Under the pieces are notes generated by a model. It did not search any database and had not been told where the DNA came from. It was given only the letters and a program-made list of their open reading frames with translations. Source: Thermoplasmata archaeon (GTDB lineage Archaea > Thermoplasmatota > Thermoplasmata > Lutacidiplasmatales > UBA184). From it: 64,000 bases of DNA. The stretch covers positions 24,043-88,042 of the forward strand of contig JAGWLG010000002.1 in assembly GCA_028864975.1 (NCBI GenBank). The letters are read 5' to 3'. Both the position numbers and the translations under genes were made by a program. Positions 27,669 through 37,093 of this stretch are shown in pieces; the stretch's first letter is position 1; each line of letters starts with the position of its first letter.

Positions 27669-27684
27669 CAACAACGCTCAACCC
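27669..27684 (+). promoter_or_regulatory. putative TATA-like element (ACCCTTTAATGCAATG) upstream of antitoxin gene
   Basis: AT-rich island about 25 nt upstream of ATG 27702, consistent with a leaderless archaeal transcript. Confidence 0.3.
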
Positions 27685-27701
27685 TTTAATGCAATGTAGT
27701 C

Positions 27702-28064
27702 ATGTGTAGTTCCGTGGTAGAGGATCAGGTCACGACGATCCGTCTTGGACGCGACATGCTCGCGCTCTTCGACCGCATGGCCAAGAAGCTGGAGGTTGAG
27801 CGTTCCACCCTCCTTCGGCGGGCCCTGATCAAGGGGGCGAGGGCTGTCCTGCTGGACGAAGCCCTGTCGCAGTACCTCCGAGGGGACCTGAGCGCAGGGG
27901 CGGCCTCCGAGTGGGCCGGCGTGAGCTACATCGAGTTCCTGGACGAACTGAAGGCACGACGGCTCCCCTATCTCGCCGACAACGAGGGCATCGCCGAGGA
28001 GCTGGCCGAGTTCAGGTCCAAGACCAAGACCCAGGTGAGTTCGGGTGCGCGCCGTCATCGTTGA
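27702..28064 (+). CDS. UPF0175-family antitoxin (partner of DUF3368 PIN)
   Basis: RHH-like 'TTIRLGRDMLALFDRMAKKLEVERSTLLRRALIKG' then 'GDLSAGAASEWAGVSYIEFLDELKARRLPY' typical of UPF0175; overlaps the next gene by 20 nt; AT-rich TATA-like element about 25 nt upstream. Confidence 0.6.
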   Translation: MCSSVVEDQVTTIRLGRDMLALFDRMAKKLEVERSTLLRRALIKGARAVLLDEALSQYLRGDLSAGAASEWAGVSYIEFLDELKARRLPYLADNEGIAEELAEFRSKTKTQVSSGARRHR

Positions 28065-28539
28065 CACATCTGCCCTCATCTTCCTGGGACGGCTCCACCG
28101 CCTCCGCCTCGCCCAGGTCCTGGGCAGCGTGGTCGTCCCAGGACCTGTGATGGAGGAGTTGGTCCGCGGACGTGGCAAGGATCCTGACACGGTCGGCCGG
28201 GTGGAGGACTGGATCCGGCGCGAGCGTCTGGAGGTGCGCGCCGTGCGGCTACCTCCGGGGTTCCACCCCAGCCTCGGCGTGGGGGAACGCGCGGTCCTGC
28301 GCGCGGCTTCCGAGGAGAAGGACCCGGTCCTCCTCGTCGACGAAGGACCCGCTCGCCGGGTCGCCAAGCATCTTGGATATCGGGTCTTGAGCACCCCCTA
28401 CGTCCTGCTGGAAGGCGTTCGCGTGAGGGCCATCACTCCTCTCGAAGGGCAGATGGACCTCGACCGGTTGGTCGCCTTGGGCTACTTCCTGGATGCCCGC
28501 CTCTTTGCGGAACTCAAGACGATCCTCGGGGAACTCTGA
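28045..28539 (+). CDS. DUF3368-family PIN-domain toxin
   Basis: 'VIVDTSALIFLGRLHRLRLAQVLGSVVVPGPVMEELV', 'GVGERAVLRAASEEKDPVLLVDEGPARRVAKHLGYRVLSTPYVLL' match DUF3368 PIN (acidic D6, E38, D-rich core). Confidence 0.7.
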   Translation: MRAVIVDTSALIFLGRLHRLRLAQVLGSVVVPGPVMEELVRGRGKDPDTVGRVEDWIRRERLEVRAVRLPPGFHPSLGVGERAVLRAASEEKDPVLLVDEGPARRVAKHLGYRVLSTPYVLLEGVRVRAITPLEGQMDLDRLVALGYFLDARLFAELKTILGEL

Positions 28540-28659
28540 GCCGCGCGTTCTTCGACTTCCGCGCGTTGGAAGCATCCGCAGCCAGGACCGCGGCTCAGAG
28601 CGCACGGGACTTCTATCAACCGATGTGAGTGGAGCAGGGTAGGGCGCTGGCCAAGCTCT

Positions 28660-31011
28660 ATGGAGAGGACCCGCGCTCCTCCGTTCGTGAACGAGGATGC
28701 ACCGCCAGGCTCGGGGGGGCCCCCTCATGCCGTCGCCTTCCCGTCGGAGCTCCTCGAGGAGCTTGACCGGGGCAGGGGCTCCCTCCTGCTCCTCCACGGG
28801 GGCACGGAGGTCTCTCGTGGTCGTGAGCTCGATGACCTCGCCAACGCCGCACGGAGGCGCGGCCTGGAGGCGGAGATCCTCGTGGCCGACCCGTTCGAGC
28901 AGGAAGTGCCCTTCGGTGCGCTCCTCCCTTGGCTCTCGCGGCTGCTTCCATCCCACCACCACGTGAGCGGCCGGGACGCCCCGGCGGAGGCCTGGCTTCC
29001 GCTTGTCGCGCTCTCCGGCCTTCTGGCCACCGAGGGGGCACGCCAGGCAACGCTGGACCTTTCCCCCGCCGCTTCCGCCGTCCCAGAGCCTTCCCACGAG
29101 GGGGCCGAGAACGGTCCCACCGGGGCGCGGGGCTCGGAGAGGCCGGGTCCTCCCCCCGACCTCGAAGCTGAATGGCAGTTCGTGCCACCGGAGGACCTAC
29201 GCGCGGTCCTTCTGGAGCTGGTCGAGGGCCGGGCGCGCAAGGGCCCGACGGTGGTCTGCGTTCGCCACGCCGAGCACTTGGACTTGGCGGGTCGGGAGTG
29301 GTTCCAGCAGCTCGCCCGCGGGCTGGAGCGGCTCCCCCTCCTTGTCTCCCTCTCCTTCGATACGGAGGGGCCCGAGCTCGCCGGGTGGCGTGGCGTGGGA
29401 CCCTCCGCCGGCCCGTGCGAGCAGACCCTCCCGCCTGACCCGGGTCGTTCCCCATCCTCCTCCCCGGGACCCCACCCTACGCCGCCGCGGGCCCTCTCGG
29501 CCGAGGACGGAAGACTGCTCGGGGCGGTCGCGCTGGCAGGTCCGGACGCCCATCCCGTCGCGCTCTCCCAAGCGCTGGGCACGCCTCCCGATTGGACGGA
29601 GGCGGGACTCTCCCATCTTGCCGCCCAAGGCTGGATCGAGAGGGAAGGGGGCGTCTGGCGTCTTTCCTCCCCCGACCGACGTGCGGAGGTGCTCAAAGAG
29701 CTAGGCCCCGCCACGGTCGCCCAGCTGCACCGTGGGCTAGCGGCCATGCTGGAGAAGCTCCATCCGGTCCCCCGAGGGAAGGTCCTCTTTCGCCTGGGGG
29801 ACCACTGGGCGGAGGCGGGGGGGGTCGAGTCGGGGTTCCCCCGGCTCCTGGCGTCGGCCGTGGAGTGTGAGCGCTGGGGCGCCCCAGTCATGGCGGAGAC
29901 ACGCCTGAGGCGAGCTCTTCTTCTGGCCCAAGGGGAGGCGGGAGCCCGGGGTCGTGAGCTCGAGGAGATCGCCTACTCGCGGATCTCTGCGGTCCGCTAC
30001 CGTTCCTCCGATCCGTCGGGTGCCCTCGAGGCGGTCCGCCGCGCCCTGGCGCTCGCCCGGGGGCGGGGGACGAGCGTCCATCAATGGGCCTTGTACGTCG
30101 CTCGTGCTGGGATGGCCCAGGTGGACCTGGGAGAGGACCCCGAGGCCGAGCTCACCGCGACGCTCGAGAAGGTGCGGGGTCAGTTCCCCGAGGTGGAGGC
30201 CGAGCTGCTGAGGGTCCGAGCGGTCAATCGATTCTCCCACGGCCGCTCGGGGGAGGCGATCGATGATGCGGAGCGGGCGTGCGCGCTGCTGGAGGGTTCC
30301 CCGAACGCTGCGGCGCGCGTGCGCGTCCAGATCGCGGCGGCGGGGACCTGCCTCTTCAGCGGTGGAGACCCGGAGAAGGCCCGGGAACACCTCTTGCAGG
30401 CCCTCGACCTCCGCGGGGGCGTGGAAGGTGGGCCCGACCAGGGGCTCATCGTCGCGGTGCTGGACCAGCTCTCCCAGGTGGAGTTCAACCTAGGACGGTA
30501 CGCCCCGGCCCTCGCGCGAGGGGAGGAGGCCATCCGGGAGGCGCGACGGCTGGGGACGCGACAGGGCCTGGCCGACGCCCTCGGGAACACCGCGGAGGCG
30601 GCCTGCGCGGCGGGGGACCCCGCCCGCGCGGCGGCCCTGGCCGAGGAGCTCCGTGGGCTCTGCTCTCGGTACCGCATCCCCGAGCCGGACGCGAGCCACC
30701 TCCAGCTCCTCCTCGTCGAGGGGCTGGTCGCCGAGGCGGGGGGGGACCCGAAGGAGGCCCTCGTGAGGTTCGAGCGCCTGGTCGCGGTGGCAGAGAAGGC
30801 GGGGAAGTTGAACTACCTCGGCCAGGCCCTGATCCAGAAGGCCCTCCTCCTGGAGCGGACCGGGGACCGGAACGGGGCGCGGGCCCTGATCGGCCGTCTC
30901 CACCGGGGCGGGTTGGTGAGGAACCTCCCCGCGGACAACCGGAAGAAGCTCGCCGGTCTCGAGGCGAGGTTAGCCCCCGCGGCATCCGAAGGATCGACCC
31001 GACAGCGATAG
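28660..31011 (+). CDS. AAA_16/STAND-like protein with degenerate P-loop and C-terminal TPR-like array (pseudo-ATPase paralogue of the 39663 gene)
   Basis: Aligns with the N-terminus of the 39663 ORF (ELLEELDRGRGSLLLLHGGTEVSRGRE vs EAERSRLQEGVDRARGGQGNSWVISGPAGVGKTR; PFEQEVPFGALLPWL vs PFFPFEQILHRL; TVVCVRHAEHLD vs LLLLLDDFQWAD) but Walker A Lys and Walker B Asp-Asp are replaced; C-terminal approx. 400 aa Ala/Leu/Arg-rich helical repeats. Confidence 0.6.
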   Translation: MERTRAPPFVNEDAPPGSGGPPHAVAFPSELLEELDRGRGSLLLLHGGTEVSRGRELDDLANAARRRGLEAEILVADPFEQEVPFGALLPWLSRLLPSHHHVSGRDAPAEAWLPLVALSGLLATEGARQATLDLSPAASAVPEPSHEGAENGPTGARGSERPGPPPDLEAEWQFVPPEDLRAVLLELVEGRARKGPTVVCVRHAEHLDLAGREWFQQLARGLERLPLLVSLSFDTEGPELAGWRGVGPSAGPCEQTLPPDPGRSPSSSPGPHPTPPRALSAEDGRLLGAVALAGPDAHPVALSQALGTPPDWTEAGLSHLAAQGWIEREGGVWRLSSPDRRAEVLKELGPATVAQLHRGLAAMLEKLHPVPRGKVLFRLGDHWAEAGGVESGFPRLLASAVECERWGAPVMAETRLRRALLLAQGEAGARGRELEEIAYSRISAVRYRSSDPSGALEAVRRALALARGRGTSVHQWALYVARAGMAQVDLGEDPEAELTATLEKVRGQFPEVEAELLRVRAVNRFSHGRSGEAIDDAERACALLEGSPNAAARVRVQIAAAGTCLFSGGDPEKAREHLLQALDLRGGVEGGPDQGLIVAVLDQLSQVEFNLGRYAPALARGEEAIREARRLGTRQGLADALGNTAEAACAAGDPARAAALAEELRGLCSRYRIPEPDASHLQLLLVEGLVAEAGGDPKEALVRFERLVAVAEKAGKLNYLGQALIQKALLLERTGDRNGARALIGRLHRGGLVRNLPADNRKKLAGLEARLAPAASEGSTRQR

Positions 31012-31140
31012 GAGGTGGGGGGCCACCGTGCCCCTCGGTGCGCCCCCCCTTCGACCCACCTCGCGCTCCGACGTGCCGGCCGGAACGTGACGATGACGCC
31101 CCACGGCTCCCCGGGAGCGTCGCGTCCCTCACCCGTGCCG

Positions 31141-33552
31141 TTACGCCGGGAAGCGTCGCTGGAGCCCGGAGTAGATCGCGAGCAGGTCCATTCCCTTCGT
31201 GAGCCCGCTCTGACCTTCCCCCACGGGATTGGTCTCGAAGTAGGTCTTGATCTCCTTCTCGCGGCCCAGGCCGAGGTAGGGTACCGACCACTGCAGCAGG
31301 ATCGGGACGATCCCCGTTCCTCCGAAGTTTTGGACGATCACCGGGAAGAACTGCTGGAACGCTTCCCACATCACGTCGTGCGCATCGACGTTCTGGAGGA
31401 GGGAGACGAGGACCTCCAGTCCTGTCGTGGGGTTCACTTGCCCGCTGAAGGGCAACGCGACGGACCGCTCCAGCGCCACTCGATCGGTGAACGCGCCCAA
31501 AGCGTGGGCGAGCCGCCCCTTCTCCTCATCGGTCTTGGAGTTCTGAAGCCTCTGCAGGATCTCGTCGAAGACCGCCGCTCCGCGCGTTCGAGCGTACGCG
31601 ACAGCGATCGCCTGGCGCAGCGAGGGATCGGAACTCTCCCAATCGGTGAAGCGAGAGGCCATCGCCTCCGCGAACGAGGGCTCGAGCTGGACCCTGAAGC
31701 TGCTCATGCGCTGGCGGAGGACCGCGTTGTGGGAGGGCTCTCCCGCGCGGGCCGAGAGACCCAGCCGGTCGCTCTGGGCGACCACCGTCCCTCGCAGGGC
31801 GTCGAAGAACGACGGGCGGTCTCGCAGGACGGGGAAGAGGATCCCTCCCTCGCTCCCGAGCTCGTTCAAGACCAAGTAGTCCGACTCGCTCTTCGCGGCC
31901 CGCACCAGCTCGAGGTACGTCGGGGGGTCGACCTCCCCCGCCAGAAGGAACGCGTAGGTGTCCTGGAGAAGACCGTAGCGGTCCCACGGCGCGAGGGACG
32001 GGAACCTCTGACGGATGGAGGTCCCGAGCTTCCCCTCGTACCGGATACGCAGGAAGCTCCGGCGGCCGTGGTTGAGCACCAGAGTATTCGGGTCATGGAG
32101 GGGGAGCTTCAGGGTCGTCCCCCTCATCAGGTGGCCGACCGCCTTCCCGTCCGCGAGCACGTTCAGGGGGATCGACCAGGTCGTGTCGTGCTTCCCTCCG
32201 TTCTCCGGAGGGGTCAGGAAGAAACGCTTCTGGGCGAGCTCGAGCTCCTCCCCTTTGACCTCGGCCCGAAGGGCGGGGTAGCCGGGGCGGTTCAACCAGT
32301 CGCCGAGGATCACCGAGACGGGCTCCTTGGCCTCTTCATCGAGCGCCGCCCAAAGGTCCTCGCCCTTCGCGTTCCCGTAGGAGAACTTCTTCAAGTACCG
32401 GGCGACCCCGGTCCGAAAGACCTCCTCCCCCAGGTACGCTTCGAGCATCCGTAGGATGCTCCCGCCCTTCGCGTAGCTGATCTCGTCGAAGATCGAGTTG
32501 ATCTCGTTCGGGTCCTCCACCGGCACGTTCACGGGGTGGGAGTGGGGGAGCGCATCCCATAGCAGGGCGTTCGAGGACCCGACCGCGAAATCGCTCCAGA
32601 CCTGCCAGTCGGGGTAGAGATGGCTCGTCGCCTTGTAGTCCATGAAGGTCGCGAAGCTCTCGTTGAGCCACAGGTCGTTCCACCAAGCCATCGTGACGAG
32701 GTCGCCGAACCACTGATGGGCGATCTCGTGGGCCAGGACGCCCATGACCTGGCGCTTGGTCGACTGGCTCGCGTCGGGCCCCACCAAGAGCGCCCGCTCC
32801 CGGAAGGCGATCGCGCCCCAGTTCTCCATGCCCCCGACAGCGATGTTGGGGATCGCGATCAGGTGGAGCTTCGGGAGCGGGAACGGGAGACCAAAGTACT
32901 CCCCAAAGAAGTCGAGGACCTTCCCCGCGTGGTCCAACGCGAAGCCCGCCTGGTCCCCACGTCCCGGAGGCGCGGCGACGATGATCTCGGTCTTCCCGTG
33001 CTTCCGGCTGCATTCCTCGAACTTGCCGATCCCCAGGAAGAGCAGGTAGGTGGACATCCGGGGCGTCGGTTCGAAGACGTAGTGGACGCGGCCACCCTTC
33101 TCCTCGTGCGCCTTCGCGGGAGTGTTGAAGATCACCTGCAGCCCCGCGTCCGTCGTGACCTCAACGTGGAACTCGGCTTTTTGCGCAGGATGGTCGATGC
33201 AGGGGAGCACGTGGCGAGCGCCGAGGGGCTCGAGCTGGGTGACGATGGCGTGCGTCGCTCCGTAGTCCGTGCGGTAGATGCCCGTGAGGGCGTTCTCGGG
33301 GACCTTGGCGTGGAAGGCGACCTCTACGGCGACCTTCCCCCGGCTCACGCCCTCGATCTTGAGCTCCTCCTTGGTGGGGACGAGCTCATGGGAGAGTTGG
33401 GAGCCACCTGAGGAGACCCCGTCAATATCGAGGCCGACCGAGTTCAGGGTGAGCGGGCCACCGTCGTGGTCCAGGTGGAGCGCGACCTTGCCGGAGTAGG
33501 TGAGCTTCGCATGGTCGACATCGAAGGCGACCTCGTACCGGTGGACCTTCAT
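31141..33552 (-). CDS. M1-family zinc aminopeptidase (tricorn-interacting factor F2/F3-like aminopeptidase N)
   Basis: 'GGMENWGAIAFRE' GAMEN motif, 'VLAHEIAHQWFGDLVTMAWWNDLWLNESFATFM' HExxH-x18-E; 803 aa. Confidence 0.9.
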   Translation of the reverse strand: MKVHRYEVAFDVDHAKLTYSGKVALHLDHDGGPLTLNSVGLDIDGVSSGGSQLSHELVPTKEELKIEGVSRGKVAVEVAFHAKVPENALTGIYRTDYGATHAIVTQLEPLGARHVLPCIDHPAQKAEFHVEVTTDAGLQVIFNTPAKAHEEKGGRVHYVFEPTPRMSTYLLFLGIGKFEECSRKHGKTEIIVAAPPGRGDQAGFALDHAGKVLDFFGEYFGLPFPLPKLHLIAIPNIAVGGMENWGAIAFRERALLVGPDASQSTKRQVMGVLAHEIAHQWFGDLVTMAWWNDLWLNESFATFMDYKATSHLYPDWQVWSDFAVGSSNALLWDALPHSHPVNVPVEDPNEINSIFDEISYAKGGSILRMLEAYLGEEVFRTGVARYLKKFSYGNAKGEDLWAALDEEAKEPVSVILGDWLNRPGYPALRAEVKGEELELAQKRFFLTPPENGGKHDTTWSIPLNVLADGKAVGHLMRGTTLKLPLHDPNTLVLNHGRRSFLRIRYEGKLGTSIRQRFPSLAPWDRYGLLQDTYAFLLAGEVDPPTYLELVRAAKSESDYLVLNELGSEGGILFPVLRDRPSFFDALRGTVVAQSDRLGLSARAGEPSHNAVLRQRMSSFRVQLEPSFAEAMASRFTDWESSDPSLRQAIAVAYARTRGAAVFDEILQRLQNSKTDEEKGRLAHALGAFTDRVALERSVALPFSGQVNPTTGLEVLVSLLQNVDAHDVMWEAFQQFFPVIVQNFGGTGIVPILLQWSVPYLGLGREKEIKTYFETNPVGEGQSGLTKGMDLLAIYSGLQRRFPA

Positions 33553-33610
33553 GGCGGGCGGGAGGGAGCGCCCCTCCCTCTTGAACCTCTCCTTGCCGGG
33601 AGCGCGGAGC

Positions 33611-34450
33611 TCAGATCGGGGGTCCGGAGGAGGTCGCCCAGCGCTTGCGCAGCACGAGCGATGCGTCGCTGAACCCTTCCTGGGTGAGGAACTTCCGGCT
33701 CTCTTCCCGGTGGAGGCCGATCACCGTGGAGAGATGAGTCACGCCCTCCCGTCGGGCCCAGCGCTCGACGTACTCCAGCAAGCGGTGGCCGACCCCCTTC
33801 GTGCGGAACTCGGGGTCGACGACCAGGTCCTCGACGTGGCCCCTTCGGCCGAAGCGCATCGTGGGGTAGGTGGTCGCAGTGGCGAAAGCACTCACCCGCC
33901 CACCGACCTCGGCCACGAAGAGGCCGCTGTCAGGGTCTCCCAAGTACTGACGGAACGAGGAGCGCGCCTGGGCCTCGGTGAACCCGGGGGGGGCTGTGCC
34001 ACGGTCGAAGAGGTGCTTCAGGAGCGTCAGGACGGCGTTCTCGTCCGCGGTGGTCGCCGCGCGGAGCATCAGGTGGAGGTTCCCGCCGACGACGGCGGCT
34101 TCGCTGGGGGCGATCGGCGCCCTGAGGTCGTCCAACACCTCGAGGGTCGAGCGCTTCAGGTTGGAGGCGTGGCCGAACTTCTGGTCGTGCTGCGCCGCGA
34201 GACGCATCGCCGCGGGGCTCTGACGGTAGGCCTGGAGCGCGTCCGCGCTTTCCAGGTCGTAGAGGGTCCAGTAGCGGTGGGGCTCATCGCCCTCGACCAT
34301 CCGGAGCCGTCGAGCACGTCGGAACCCCCGCTCGGCGAGGACCTCGGGCACGTGGGACTGGCGGTGCCACTGGTCCCACTCGGCCTCCCTCTCCGGGGCG
34401 ATCTGCGTTCGTACGAGGTAGACGACACCTTTGGGCACGTCGGGATGCAC
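33611..34450 (-). CDS. GNAT N-acetyltransferase fused to an N-terminal Dabb/ABM-like alpha+beta barrel domain
   Basis: C-half 'VGGRVSAFATATT...RRGHVEDLVVDPEFRTKGVGHRLLEYVERWARREGVTHLSTV' GNAT motifs; N-half 'VVYLVRTQIAPEREAEWDQWHRQSHVPEVL' resembles stress-responsive Dabb domain; GTG start. Confidence 0.65.
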   Translation of the reverse strand: MHPDVPKGVVYLVRTQIAPEREAEWDQWHRQSHVPEVLAERGFRRARRLRMVEGDEPHRYWTLYDLESADALQAYRQSPAAMRLAAQHDQKFGHASNLKRSTLEVLDDLRAPIAPSEAAVVGGNLHLMLRAATTADENAVLTLLKHLFDRGTAPPGFTEAQARSSFRQYLGDPDSGLFVAEVGGRVSAFATATTYPTMRFGRRGHVEDLVVDPEFRTKGVGHRLLEYVERWARREGVTHLSTVIGLHREESRKFLTQEGFSDASLVLRKRWATSSGPPI

Positions 34451-34691
34451 ACGGTCCCCCTATTCCCCGTTTTCGGTGACCTCTCTGTCGACCCTCAGCA
34501 CTCGCTGGAGCCCTCGAACGGCAAAGACCGCAACGTCCGCGCTTCTCCACAGCGAAGGAACGCTTGCGTCCTCGAGGGCAGAGCCTCGGCGGACGGATGG
34601 CTTAGGTTCAGCGCGCCGCGCGTTGCGTGCACCTCAGGGCGTAGCGAGGGCGCCCGAACCTTCGGGAGAGGCCGTTCGCCCCTTGCGTGCG

Positions 34692-35885
34692 ATGCAAGAC
34701 CTCCCTCCCCCCATTCCCCTCGGAGCCATTTTCTATCTCCTCCGCTCGGGACCGGCCGTGCCGCAGGTCAGGCTCGGGCTCACCTCCTCGTTCCCTCGAC
34801 CCGAGGAGCTGGTCGCAGCGACGCGCGAGCTCGACCGCGGTCGCCGGACCGCCGAGGAGGTCCAGGGACTCTACGAGTCGTGGACCGGCCGGGTCGTCGA
34901 CCTGGAGTCCCGCCTGGGCTTCTCCACGGTGTTGGGCGGGGACCTCGGTCGCCAGGACCTCTTCCGCCCTTTCAGCGAGTCGACCCCCGGTCTCGAGGTC
35001 GGGCCGCTCACCCGCTGGTTCGAGACCAACACCTTCTTCCGGCAACCCATAGTCAACGCTCCCCCCCAATGGGCCCCCGGGGCGTTCGCGCGACAGGTCC
35101 CGTTCGAACGGCTCCTGGCGTCGAAGATCGCCCCTCGCGTGATCCTACCAGGGCCCTATACCTTCACCGCGCTCGCGGACAACCGTACCGATCTCTCGCG
35201 TCAGGAGCTCGCCGTTCGCTGGTCCGAACTGTTGGCGCGCGAGGTCGAAGACCTCTCCGCCCATGGCGTCAAGGTCTTCCAGCTCCAGGAACCCTCGCTC
35301 GTCGTGGACCCTCCCTCGGTCGAGGAGGAGTCGTGGGTCCGCGAGGCCTACGAGCCGCTCGCCCCCGCGCTCTCTCAGGTCGATAGTGTGCTCTGGACCT
35401 TCTTCGGCGACGGGGCGCCCGTCCTTCCGCTCCTCGCTTCCCTTCCCGTGGAAACGGTGGGCGTCGACCTGACCGACACGGACCCCACGCGGCTCACCGA
35501 GCTGGCCCCGGGGAAGGGGCTCGGCCTGGGATGCCTGGACTCCCGCACGACCCTCGTCGAGGACCCGAAGGAGATCGCCCGGATCGTTCGCGATCTCTTC
35601 GATCGGCTCGAGCCGTCCGAGATCCTTCTCGGTCCCGGGACCCCGCTCGACCTCGTTCCCTGGGAAGTGGCCGAGAAGAAGCTCTCCGTCCTGCCTCAGG
35701 TGAGGAAAGTGCTGGAGGGGGCCCCCGCGGCCCGGCCCCGCCAGGTCGCACCCGCACGCCGCCCAGCGCCTGCGAAGCGGTCCAAGCCCCCCGCGCCCCG
35801 CGCAAGGTCCAAGCCGAAGCCTAAGGTCAAGCTCAAGGCGAGCTCGAAGAGGGCACCGGCGAAAGGAGGCAAGAAGCGCCGATGA
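34692..35885 (+). CDS. MetE N-terminal-like (non-catalytic UroD/MetE-fold) protein with Lys/Pro/Ala-rich C-terminal tail
   Basis: MetE-like fold blocks ('GAIFYLLRSG', 'QLQEPSLVVDP', 'LGLGCLDSRTTLVEDPKEIARIVRDLFD') but lacks the PDCGL zinc-ligand motif; tail 'PAPAKRSKPPAPRARSKPKPKVKLKASSKRAPAKGGKKRR'; ATGA overlap with catalytic metE. Confidence 0.65.
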   Translation: MQDLPPPIPLGAIFYLLRSGPAVPQVRLGLTSSFPRPEELVAATRELDRGRRTAEEVQGLYESWTGRVVDLESRLGFSTVLGGDLGRQDLFRPFSESTPGLEVGPLTRWFETNTFFRQPIVNAPPQWAPGAFARQVPFERLLASKIAPRVILPGPYTFTALADNRTDLSRQELAVRWSELLAREVEDLSAHGVKVFQLQEPSLVVDPPSVEEESWVREAYEPLAPALSQVDSVLWTFFGDGAPVLPLLASLPVETVGVDLTDTDPTRLTELAPGKGLGLGCLDSRTTLVEDPKEIARIVRDLFDRLEPSEILLGPGTPLDLVPWEVAEKKLSVLPQVRKVLEGAPAARPRQVAPARRPAPAKRSKPPAPRARSKPKPKVKLKASSKRAPAKGGKKRR

Positions 35886-37021
35886 GCGAGGAGGAGAGGC
35901 TCTTCCCGACCCAGGAGGTCGGCTCGATCGCGAAGCCCCTGTGGTTGGTGCAGGCCCTCAAGGGCCAGAAACCGAGCCCGAACGCGCTCTCGGACCTCGA
36001 GCGGTGGCGAGGGCGTGTCCCTTTCGTGCCCGAGCACGACCCCCGTCTGAAGAAGCTCCTCAAAGGGGAGGTCGACGAGGTCGGGCCCCATGGCCTGCGG
36101 GACCTGGGGGCGCTCTTCGGGCTCCGCTACCTCGAGGCCGCGGGGCTCGACATCGTGTACGATGGGGAGGCGCGACGGATGGAAATGTACGAGTTCCCGA
36201 TCCGTCAGATGACCGGGTTCAAGCTCCTTGGACACGTCCGGTCCTTCGACAACAAGTACTACCTGAAAGGGGCGTGCGTGGGGAAGGTCGGTCTACCCGA
36301 ACCTTACCACCTGGACGAGTTCGAGTTCCTGAAGCGTGAGGCTCGAAGGTCGCTCAAGGTCCCGATCACCGGAGCCTACACCCTCGCGGACTGGTCTTGG
36401 AACGAGTACTACCTGGGGAAGCAGAAGGGGTGGAAAGGGCGGAAGGCCCGACGCGCGGCCCAGAGAGAGCTGCTCGTGGACATCGCACGGAACGCGATCC
36501 GTCCCACGCTCAAGGCGCTCATCGACCGCGGGGCGAAGTTCCTCCAGGTCGATGAACCCGCCGCGGGGACGCACCCCGACGAGGCGGAGCTCGTGGTGGA
36601 GGCGTTCAACGAGAGCGTCGAAGGGCTCGACGCGAAGTTTGCGATGCACATCTGTTTCTCCGACTACCGCTGTCTCTTCCCGGCGCTCCTGGAGGCGAAG
36701 AAGTGCTCCCAGTTCCTCTGGGAGTTCGCGAACCGCGACACGCCGGAGAAGGACGGGTACCGGGACCTGGAGCTGTTCAACGAGTTCGAGGACCACCGGG
36801 AGATTGGGCTGGGGGTGACCGACATTCATCGTGACGTGCTCGAGTCCCCCGAGCTCATCCGCGACCGGATCCTGCGCGCGTCGAAGATCCTAGGGGACCC
36901 CAAGCGCCTCTACGTGAACCCGGACTGCGGGCTCCGCACGCGGTCGTTGGATGTGGCGTGGGAGAAGCTCACCCGGATGGTGCGGGGGGCCGACCTCGCT
37001 CGTGCCTCCCTCGCGGGCTGA
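35882..37021 (+). CDS. metE: cobalamin-independent methionine synthase, catalytic (MetE C-terminal) domain protein
   Basis: 'FLQVDEPA', 'HICFSDY', 'YVNPDCGLRTRS' zinc/homocysteine-binding motifs. Confidence 0.85.
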   Translation: MSEEERLFPTQEVGSIAKPLWLVQALKGQKPSPNALSDLERWRGRVPFVPEHDPRLKKLLKGEVDEVGPHGLRDLGALFGLRYLEAAGLDIVYDGEARRMEMYEFPIRQMTGFKLLGHVRSFDNKYYLKGACVGKVGLPEPYHLDEFEFLKREARRSLKVPITGAYTLADWSWNEYYLGKQKGWKGRKARRAAQRELLVDIARNAIRPTLKALIDRGAKFLQVDEPAAGTHPDEAELVVEAFNESVEGLDAKFAMHICFSDYRCLFPALLEAKKCSQFLWEFANRDTPEKDGYRDLELFNEFEDHREIGLGVTDIHRDVLESPELIRDRILRASKILGDPKRLYVNPDCGLRTRSLDVAWEKLTRMVRGADLARASLAG

Positions 37022-37093
37022 GTCCCCGACAGCTTGGGGGGACCGACCTCGCCGCCAGCGGGCGACGAGTAAGACGTGAACCGGAGCAAGCCG

